Shown: one piece after another, positions 25,260 to 32,665 of the stretch
Layout of the letters: the number at the start of each line of letters is the position of its first letter
How positions within the stretch are numbered: the first letter of the stretch is position 1
Source: Candidatus Sericytochromatia bacterium
Lineage (GTDB): Bacteria; Cyanobacteriota; Sericytochromatia; S15B-MN24; JAQBPE01
Length of the DNA: 64,000 bases
Assembly: GCA_035285125.1 (NCBI GenBank)
Contig: JAYKHR010000045.1
Location: 110,412 to 174,411 of the forward strand
Reading direction: 5' to 3'
The notes under the pieces: model-generated
Databases searched by the model: none
The model's input: the letters and a program-made list of their open reading frames with translations, nothing else
Told to the model about the DNA's origin: nothing
Translations under genes and position numbers: made by a program

Positions 25260-28112
25260 ATGTCTCGAGCGAGCCTGCGCCTGACCCTCACCGCGGCCCT
25301 GCTGGCCCTGTGCCTGGGCTGCCAGGCCAGCGTCGTGGCACGTCCCGGCCGGTCCCCACGGCCGCCGGGGCCGCTGCAGCCGGCAGCCTCCCCGGCCGCC
25401 CCCGGCCAGGCCGGCGCGACCCTCGCCGTGCCCCAGCGGGGCCAACCCACCCGCCTCACGGGGCTCGCCCGCCTCATCGCCGACCCGGGCGCCCCCCTGG
25501 TCGGGGACGCCGGGGGAGGGCTGCTGAGCAACACCGGAGGCGCCCTGCTCAGCGACCTCGGGGGCGCCGTCATCAGCAACAACAGCGGCACCGTCGTGAG
25601 CAACAACAGCGCCGCCATCGTGAGCAACAGGGGTGGCAGCCTCACGGCCTCTCGCCGCGTGCTGCAGGCCGGCAGCGGCCTTGGCGTCTATGGCCTCTCA
25701 GACGCCGAGGTCCGCCTGTACGACGCCGCCGGGCGGCTGCTCGTCGACGAGGCTGGCCGGCCCCTCGCAGCGACGACGGGCCCGGACGCCACGTTCAAGC
25801 TCGAGGCCGTGCTGCCGCCCGGGAACCTCGTCGCCCGCGTCAGGCTCTGGGACGGGGGCGAGCTGACCGCCATCGTCGCCCGCGAGGGTGCCAGCGAGGC
25901 CACCCTCCCCCTCTCGACGGCCTCCACCCTGGGCGCCACCTACGTCCTCGGCCTCGTCGGGGGCCAGCAAGCCACGCTCGACAAGCTGCCACGCAGCGAG
26001 AACGAGCGCCTGGTGCGCGAGCTCGACGTCGTGCGCGGCTTCGTGCGGGGCGCCTTCAAGCACGAGGCCACGACCCTCGATGCCATCACGGCCGGGCTGC
26101 GCCAGCGCGTCCCGGCCGTCGAGCAGGTCGCTGCGGAGGTCAAGGCCCTGTTGCTCGGCCAGGCCGAGCTCGGGGCGGGCCGCCCCGCCACGGAGGTGCC
26201 GCTGGGCGGGCCCCTGCACCTGGCCGTGTCGCGGGAGGGACGCCTCGTGATCGGCGAGCTGATCACGGGCCGCATCCGGGAGTTGCAGCCGGACGGCACG
26301 CTTGCGCTGCTGCTCGACCAGACCCACGGCCGCATCAAGCACAACGCCTTCTCGCTCTCCGGCCTCGTGGAGGGGCCGGATGGCACGCTGCACGCGGTGG
26401 TCAAGGGGGCCAACAAGGTGCTCCGCGTCTCGCGGTCAGCGCAAACGGTCTCCGTCGTGCTCGGGACGGGGAAGGAGGGCCGGAGCGCCCCGACCGACCC
26501 GCTGAAGGCGGACTGCACGCCCCTCTGCCTGGCCCTGGGGCCGGACGGCACGCTCTGGGTGGGCGAGCGGTCCAGCCGCGCTGCCGGCGGCCCCCCTCGG
26601 CTGCTGGCCCTGCGGCCTGGCGGGACGCTGGAGGCCTATACGCCCGAGGGCAGCCACAACATCCTGAGCGTGGCGGTAGGGCCCGGGGGGGCCGTGTACT
26701 CGCTGCGCTGGGACAGCGACGCTAATTCCTGCACCCTGTGGCGCCTCGACCCCGGGGGGCGCTGGACCCAGCTTGCCGCCGGGCTCGCCACCGAGGGCCA
26801 GGGCGGGCTGTGCGTCACGCCCGAGGGCAGGCTGCTGCTCAGCGAGGGGAGGCGCGGTCGGGTGCTCGCGCTGCAGCCCGACGGCACGCTCGCGCCCCTG
26901 GACGGGCTGAGCCCAGGCCCCGCGATCCCAGGGGCGCTGGTCGCCCACCCGGACGGCACCGTGTTCATCGCCGACCTCGCCTCGAACGTGGTGTGGGCCT
27001 GGCGTGCGGGCAGCCCTCCCCGGCCCGTGGCGGGCACGGCCGCCGCCTTCCAGCTGGGAGAGACCCAGGCCTTCGCCATCAACACACCCCTCGGGCTGGC
27101 CGCAGACGGCCAGGGGGTGCTCCACATCGCCGAGGCGGGCAGCCGCAGCGTGAAACGCTTCGATGGCAAGGGACTCGCGGTTGTGGCGGGCGGCGGCAGC
27201 ACCTCCGAGGAGGGCGTGCAGGCCCGTGAGGCCCTGCTGAAAAGCCTCACGGGGATTGCTTGGCACGACGGCGCCCTGCACCTGATGGACCAGGGCAGCC
27301 AGCACATCCTCCGCGTCGGCCCGGACGGCACGCTGCAAACCCGGCACCGGCTCCCGAGCCTCAATGAAGCCTTCGGGCTGGCCTTCGGGCCGGACGGGCA
27401 GCCCTGGTGGACCCGGCCCGTCACGGGCGAGCTGCTCCGGCTGCTGCCCAGCGGTGAGGCCGTCCCGGCCGTGGGGCGCGGCGCGCTGACCAGCGCCCAG
27501 CGCGCCGTGGCCCTGATCGGCCTGGCCGAGGCCGTCGGCCCGGACCCGGCGGAGCTGGCGACGGTCATGCCCGTGGCCGTGGTGCGCGACCCGGACGGCC
27601 ACATGGTGTTCTGCGACGCGGCGGCCGGGCGGGTGTACCGGGTGCGCACCGGCAGCCCCGGGACGGTGGAGCTCGTGGCCGGCCTGCCCCTGAGCCAGGC
27701 CATCCCGCGGGCGCTGGAGCTCAAGGCCGGCCCCGGCCTGGCGGCGGAGAACGGCCTGCAGGCCCGGGACGCGGTGCTATCCGTCCCGCTCGGCCTCGCC
27801 TTCGACGCGGCCGGCAACCTCTACGTCGCGGAAAGCGGCGACCGCAACCTGGAGGCCATGGCCCCCACGCTCGGCGCCAGCATCCCACTCGACGCCTCCC
27901 TGCTGGTGGGCATGCCCCCCCGCATGCGCCGCATCACGCCCGCGGGCGTCATCACGACGATCGCGGGCCCCGGCGGCAAGTTCTTCACGAGCCCCGAGGG
28001 CGAGGACGCCCTGTCCATGCCCATCGGCCTCCTCGTGATGCCCGACGGGCGCCTCGTGATCGCAGACGCTGGCAGCAACATGGTGCGCATCCTGCCGGCC
28101 GGGAGCTACTGA
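25260..28112 (+). CDS. Large lipoprotein, paralog 2 (same architecture as 22273..25203)
   Basis: ATG 25260 gives MSRASLRLTLTAALLALCLGCQA. The upstream 573 codons of ORF 23541..28112 overlap paralog 1 out of frame and are junk-like. 950 aa. Collinear with paralog 1, including NERLVRELDVVRGF and the C-terminus GRLVIADAGSNMVRILPAGSY. Confidence 0.8.
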   Translation: MSRASLRLTLTAALLALCLGCQASVVARPGRSPRPPGPLQPAASPAAPGQAGATLAVPQRGQPTRLTGLARLIADPGAPLVGDAGGGLLSNTGGALLSDLGGAVISNNSGTVVSNNSAAIVSNRGGSLTASRRVLQAGSGLGVYGLSDAEVRLYDAAGRLLVDEAGRPLAATTGPDATFKLEAVLPPGNLVARVRLWDGGELTAIVAREGASEATLPLSTASTLGATYVLGLVGGQQATLDKLPRSENERLVRELDVVRGFVRGAFKHEATTLDAITAGLRQRVPAVEQVAAEVKALLLGQAELGAGRPATEVPLGGPLHLAVSREGRLVIGELITGRIRELQPDGTLALLLDQTHGRIKHNAFSLSGLVEGPDGTLHAVVKGANKVLRVSRSAQTVSVVLGTGKEGRSAPTDPLKADCTPLCLALGPDGTLWVGERSSRAAGGPPRLLALRPGGTLEAYTPEGSHNILSVAVGPGGAVYSLRWDSDANSCTLWRLDPGGRWTQLAAGLATEGQGGLCVTPEGRLLLSEGRRGRVLALQPDGTLAPLDGLSPGPAIPGALVAHPDGTVFIADLASNVVWAWRAGSPPRPVAGTAAAFQLGETQAFAINTPLGLAADGQGVLHIAEAGSRSVKRFDGKGLAVVAGGGSTSEEGVQAREALLKSLTGIAWHDGALHLMDQGSQHILRVGPDGTLQTRHRLPSLNEAFGLAFGPDGQPWWTRPVTGELLRLLPSGEAVPAVGRGALTSAQRAVALIGLAEAVGPDPAELATVMPVAVVRDPDGHMVFCDAAAGRVYRVRTGSPGTVELVAGLPLSQAIPRALELKAGPGLAAENGLQARDAVLSVPLGLAFDAAGNLYVAESGDRNLEAMAPTLGASIPLDASLLVGMPPRMRRITPAGVITTIAGPGGKFFTSPEGEDALSMPIGLLVMPDGRLVIADAGSNMVRILPAGSY
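25488..25655 (+). repeat. In-frame octapeptide repeat, 7 degenerate units: GAPLVGDA, GGGLLSNT, GGALLSDL, GGAVISNN, SGTVVSNN, SAAIVSNR, GGSLTASR
   Basis: Read directly in the coding frame of paralog 2. Confidence 0.85.
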
Positions 28113-28154
28113 CCGCCGGTTCACAGCTCTGGGAGCGGGGTAGGGAGAGGAGGT

Positions 28155-28934
28155 ATGGCCCGCTCGGTTCCCCACGCCTCCCTGATAGCTACCCTGCTGG
28201 CAATCAGCCTCGGCTGCCAGGCCGTGGGCCCCGGCCGCCCGACCGCGCCCAAGCGCACGACGCCGTCCAGCACTGCCAAGGCCATCCCGGCGCCCGCCCT
28301 GGCCCGGCCTGGCGAGCCCCGGCGCATCCCCCAGCAGGGCCAGCAGACCCGCCTCGCGGGCCTCGCCCGCCTCATCGCCCACCCCGGCGGGGCCCTCATC
28401 AGCGACCAGGGGGGGGCCCTCATCAGCGACCAGGGGGGCGCCCTGATCAGCGACCAGGGCGGGGCCGTCATCAGCAACAACAGCGGGAGCATCATCAGCG
28501 ACCAAGGCGGCTCGCTCATCGGCAACAACGGCGGCGGCCTGCTCGGCAATACCAAGGCCCAGCGCCTGCTGCAGGCAAGCTCTGGCCTCGGCGTCTACGG
28601 CCTCGCCGACGCCGAGATCCGCCTCTACGACGCCGCCGGCCGGCTGCTCGTCGACGACGCCGGCAAGCCCCTCGCCGCCACGACCGGCCGCGACGCCACC
28701 TTCCAGCTCGAGGCTGTGCTGCCGCCAGGCAACATGGTGGCCCGCATCAAGCTCTGGAATGGCGGCGAGCTCTCTGCCATCGTCGCCCGCGACGGCGCCC
28801 AGCAGGCGTCGCTCGCGCTCACCACTGCCTCCTCGCTGGGGGCCACCTACGTGATGGGCCTCGTCAAGGGCGACCAGGCCATCCTGAACAAGCTGCCCGC
28901 CGCCGAGAACGACCGCCTCAACCGCGAGCTCGAC
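28155..28934 (+). pseudogene. Paralog 3 of the large lipoprotein family, truncated after 260 codons by the palindrome axis
   Basis: GGAGAGGAGG lies upstream of ATG 28155. MARSVPHASLIATLLAISLGCQA lipobox, octapeptide repeats and beta-sandwich are collinear with paralogs 1 and 2 up to ...NDRLNRELDV. There the paralogs continue VRGF..., but this sequence turns into its own reverse complement. Confidence 0.75.
28386..28553 (+). repeat. In-frame octapeptide repeat, 7 units: GGALISDQ x3, GGAVISNN, SGSIISDQ, GGSLIGNN, GGGLLGNT
   Basis: Read directly in frame. The first three 24-nt units are nearly identical. Confidence 0.9.
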
Positions 28935-29714
28935 GTCGAGCTCGCGGTTGAGGCGGTCGTTCTCGGCGGCGGGCAGCTTGTTCAGGATGGCCTGGTCGCC
29001 CTTGACGAGGCCCATCACGTAGGTGGCCCCCAGCGAGGAGGCAGTGGTGAGCGCGAGCGACGCCTGCTGGGCGCCGTCGCGGGCGACGATGGCAGAGAGC
29101 TCGCCGCCATTCCAGAGCTTGATGCGGGCCACCATGTTGCCTGGCGGCAGCACAGCCTCGAGCTGGAAGGTGGCGTCGCGGCCGGTCGTGGCGGCGAGGG
29201 GCTTGCCGGCGTCGTCGACGAGCAGCCGGCCGGCGGCGTCGTAGAGGCGGATCTCGGCGTCGGCGAGGCCGTAGACGCCGAGGCCAGAGCTTGCCTGCAG
29301 CAGGCGCTGGGCCTTGGTATTGCCGAGCAGGCCGCCGCCGTTGTTGCCGATGAGCGAGCCGCCTTGGTCGCTGATGATGCTCCCGCTGTTGTTGCTGATG
29401 ACGGCCCCGCCCTGGTCGCTGATCAGGGCGCCCCCCTGGTCGCTGATGAGGGCCCCCCCCTGGTCGCTGATGAGGGCCCCGCCGGGGTGGGCGATGAGGC
29501 GGGCGAGGCCCGCGAGGCGGGTCTGCTGGCCCTGCTGGGGGATGCGCCGGGGCTCGCCAGGCCGGGCCAGGGCGGGCGCCGGGATGGCCTTGGCAGTGCT
29601 GGACGGCGTCGTGCGCTTGGGCGCGGTCGGGCGGCCGGGGCCCACGGCCTGGCAGCCGAGGCTGATTGCCAGCAGGGTAGCTATCAGGGAGGCGTGGGGA
29701 ACCGAGCGGGCCAT
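28935..29714 (-). pseudogene. Mirror copy of truncated paralog 3
   Basis: Exact reverse-complement twin of 28155..28934. The two 645-aa ORFs (27777..29714(-), 28155..30092(+)) are identical chimeras that read through the axis. Confidence 0.75.
29316..29483 (-). repeat. Mirror copy of the paralog-3 octapeptide repeat
   Basis: Exact reverse complement of 28386..28553. Confidence 0.9.
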
Positions 29715-29756
29715 ACCTCCTCTCCCTACCCCGCTCCCAGAGCTGTGAACCGGCGG

Positions 29757-32609
29757 TCAGTAGCTCCCGGCCGGCAGGATGCGCACCATGTTGCTGCCAG
29801 CGTCTGCGATCACGAGGCGCCCGTCGGGCATCACGAGGAGGCCGATGGGCATGGACAGGGCGTCCTCGCCCTCGGGGCTCGTGAAGAACTTGCCGCCGGG
29901 GCCCGCGATCGTCGTGATGACGCCCGCGGGCGTGATGCGGCGCATGCGGGGGGGCATGCCCACCAGCAGGGAGGCGTCGAGTGGGATGCTGGCGCCGAGC
30001 GTGGGGGCCATGGCCTCCAGGTTGCGGTCGCCGCTTTCCGCGACGTAGAGGTTGCCGGCCGCGTCGAAGGCGAGGCCGAGCGGGACGGATAGCACCGCGT
30101 CCCGGGCCTGCAGGCCGTTCTCCGCCGCCAGGCCGGGGCCGGCCTTGAGCTCCAGCGCCCGCGGGATGGCCTGGCTCAGGGGCAGGCCGGCCACGAGCTC
30201 CACCGTCCCGGGGCTGCCGGTGCGCACCCGGTACACCCGCCCGGCCGCCGCGTCGCAGAACACCATGTGGCCGTCCGGGTCGCGCACCACGGCCACGGGC
30301 ATGACCGTCGCCAGCTCCGCCGGGTCCGGGCCGACGGCCTCGGCCAGGCCGATCAGGGCCACGGCGCGCTGGGCGCTGGTCAGCGCGCCGCGCCCCACGG
30401 CCGGGACGGCCTCACCGCTGGGCAGCAGCCGGAGCAGCTCGCCCGTGACGGGCCGGGTCCACCAGGGCTGCCCGTCCGGCCCGAAGGCCAGCCCGAAGGC
30501 TTCATTGAGGCTCGGGAGCCGGTGCCGGGTTTGCAGCGTGCCGTCCGGGCCGACGCGGAGGATGTGCTGGCTGCCCTGGTCCATCAGGTGCAGGGCGCCG
30601 TCGTGCCAAGCAATCCCCGTGAGGCTTTTCAGCAGGGCCTCACGGGCCTGCACGCCCTCCTCGGAGGTGCTGCCGCCGCCCGCCACAACCGCGAGTCCCT
30701 TGCCATCGAAGCGTTTCACGCTGCGGCTGCCCGCCTCGGCGATGTGGAGCACCCCCTGGCCGTCTGCGGCCAGCCCGAGGGGTGTGTTGATGGCGAAGGC
30801 CTGGGTCTCTCCCAGCTGGAAGGCGGCGGCCGTGCCCGCCACGGGCCGGGGAGGGCTGCCCGCACGCCAGGCCCACACCACGTTCGAGGCGAGGTCGGCG
30901 ATGAACACGGTGCCGTCCGGGTGGGCGACCAGCGCCCCTGGGATCGCGGGGCCTGGGCTCAGCCCGTCCAGGGGCGCGAGCGTGCCGTCGGGCTGCAGCG
31001 CGAGCACCCGACCGCGCCTCCCCTCGCTGAGCAGCAGCCTGCCCTCGGGCGTGACGCACAGCCCGCCCTGGCCCTCGGTGGCGAGCCCGGCGGCAAGCTG
31101 GGTCCAGCGCCCCCCGGGGTCGAGGCGCCACAGGGTGCAGGAATTAGCGTCGCTGTCCCAGCGCAGCGAGTACACGGCCCCCCCGGGCCCTACCGCCACG
31201 CTCAGGATGTTGTGGCTGCCCTCGGGCGTATAGGCCTCCAGCGTCCCGCCAGGCCGCAGGGCCAGCAGCCGAGGGGGGCCGCCGGCAGCGCGGCTGGACC
31301 GCTCGCCCACCCAGAGCGTGCCGTCCGGCCCCAGGGCCAGGCAGAGGGGCGTGCAGTCCGCCTTCAGCGGGTCGGTCGGGGCGCTCCGGCCCTCCTTCCC
31401 CGTCCCGAGCACGACGGAGACCGTTTGCGCTGACCGCGAGACGCGGAGCACCTTGTTGGCCCCCTTGACCACCGCGTGCAGCGTGCCATCCGGCCCCTCC
31501 ACGAGGCCGGAGAGCGAGAAGGCGTTGTGCTTGATGCGGCCGTGGGTCTGGTCGAGCAGCAGCGCAAGCGTGCCGTCCGGCTGCAACTCCCGGATGCGGC
31601 CCGTGATCAGCTCGCCGATCACGAGGCGTCCCTCCCGCGACACGGCCAGGTGCAGGGGCCCGCCCAGCGGCACCTCCGTGGCGGGGCGGCCCGCCCCGAG
31701 CTCGGCCTGGCCGAGCAACAGGGCCTTGACCTCCGCAGCGACCTGCTCGACGGCCGGGACGCGCTGGCGCAGCCCGGCCGTGATGGCATCGAGGGTCGTG
31801 GCCTCGTGCTTGAAGGCGCCCCGCACGAAGCCGCGCACGACGTCGAGCTCGCGCACCAGGCGCTCGTTCTCGCTGCGTGGCAGCTTGTCGAGCGTGGCTT
31901 GCTGGCCCCCGACGAGGCCGAGGACGTAGGTGGCGCCCAGGGTGGAGGCCGTCGAGAGGGGGAGGGTGGCCTCGCTGGCACCCTCGCGGGCGACGATGGC
32001 GGTCAGCTCGCCCCCGTCCCAGAGCCTGACGCGGGCGACGAGGTTCCCGGGCGGCAGCACGGCCTCGAGCTTGAACGTGGCGTCCGGGCCCGTCGTCGCT
32101 GCGAGGGGCCGGCCAGCCTCGTCGACGAGCAGCCGCCCGGCGGCGTCGTACAGGCGGACCTCGGCGTCTGAGAGGCCATAGACGCCAAGGCCGCTGCCGG
32201 CCTGCAGCACGCGGCGAGAGGCCGTGAGGCTGCCACCCCTGTTGCTCACGATGGCGGCGCTGTTGTTGCTCACGACGGTGCCGCTGTTGTTGCTGATGAC
32301 GGCGCCCCCGAGGTCGCTGAGCAGGGCGCCTCCGGTGTTGCTCAGCAGCCCTCCCCCGGCGTCCCCGACCAGGGGGGCGCCCGGGTCGGCGATGAGGCGG
32401 GCGAGCCCCGTGAGGCGGGTGGGTTGGCCCCGCTGGGGCACGGCGAGGGTCGCGCCGGCCTGGCCGGGGGCGGCCGGGGAGGCTGCCGGCTGCAGCGGCC
32501 CCGGCGGCCGTGGGGACCGGCCGGGACGTGCCACGACGCTGGCCTGGCAGCCCAGGCACAGGGCCAGCAGGGCCGCGGTGAGGGTCAGGCGCAGGCTCGC
32601 TCGAGACAT
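29757..32609 (-). CDS. Large lipoprotein paralog 2 (mirror copy)
   Basis: Exact reverse-complement twin of 25260..28112, with identical translation in ORF 29757..34328(-). Confidence 0.8.
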   Translation of the reverse strand: MSRASLRLTLTAALLALCLGCQASVVARPGRSPRPPGPLQPAASPAAPGQAGATLAVPQRGQPTRLTGLARLIADPGAPLVGDAGGGLLSNTGGALLSDLGGAVISNNSGTVVSNNSAAIVSNRGGSLTASRRVLQAGSGLGVYGLSDAEVRLYDAAGRLLVDEAGRPLAATTGPDATFKLEAVLPPGNLVARVRLWDGGELTAIVAREGASEATLPLSTASTLGATYVLGLVGGQQATLDKLPRSENERLVRELDVVRGFVRGAFKHEATTLDAITAGLRQRVPAVEQVAAEVKALLLGQAELGAGRPATEVPLGGPLHLAVSREGRLVIGELITGRIRELQPDGTLALLLDQTHGRIKHNAFSLSGLVEGPDGTLHAVVKGANKVLRVSRSAQTVSVVLGTGKEGRSAPTDPLKADCTPLCLALGPDGTLWVGERSSRAAGGPPRLLALRPGGTLEAYTPEGSHNILSVAVGPGGAVYSLRWDSDANSCTLWRLDPGGRWTQLAAGLATEGQGGLCVTPEGRLLLSEGRRGRVLALQPDGTLAPLDGLSPGPAIPGALVAHPDGTVFIADLASNVVWAWRAGSPPRPVAGTAAAFQLGETQAFAINTPLGLAADGQGVLHIAEAGSRSVKRFDGKGLAVVAGGGSTSEEGVQAREALLKSLTGIAWHDGALHLMDQGSQHILRVGPDGTLQTRHRLPSLNEAFGLAFGPDGQPWWTRPVTGELLRLLPSGEAVPAVGRGALTSAQRAVALIGLAEAVGPDPAELATVMPVAVVRDPDGHMVFCDAAAGRVYRVRTGSPGTVELVAGLPLSQAIPRALELKAGPGLAAENGLQARDAVLSVPLGLAFDAAGNLYVAESGDRNLEAMAPTLGASIPLDASLLVGMPPRMRRITPAGVITTIAGPGGKFFTSPEGEDALSMPIGLLVMPDGRLVIADAGSNMVRILPAGSY
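32214..32381 (-). repeat. Mirror copy of the paralog-2 octapeptide repeat
   Basis: Exact reverse complement of 25488..25655. Confidence 0.85.
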
Positions 32610-32665
32610 CGTGGGGATCAGGTACCCGCACGGCGCGGCCTCGAACCGGCCGGCCCGGCACCCCC

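Larger units (their letters stand above)
1..28934. repeat. Left arm of a perfect spacer-less inverted duplication (palindrome); reverse complement of 28935..57868
   Basis: Coordinate x pairs with 57869-x. Every ORF in the track has an identical-length, identical-translation twin on the opposite strand, e.g. 174..5585(-) = 52284..57695(+) and 1623..4742(+) = 53127..56246(-). Hand checks: nt 1-28 are the reverse complement of 57841-57868, and 13021-13080 of 44789-44848. The arm is cut by the window edge at position 1. Confidence 0.97.

Noticed and set aside
27777-30092. Two identical 645-aa ORFs (27777..29714(-) and 28155..30092(+)) spanning the palindrome axis
   Set aside because: Only the first 260 codons are gene-like. 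After the axis each ORF reads the antisense of itself (ELAVEAVVLGGGQLVQD...). They are chimeric read-throughs created by the palindrome.
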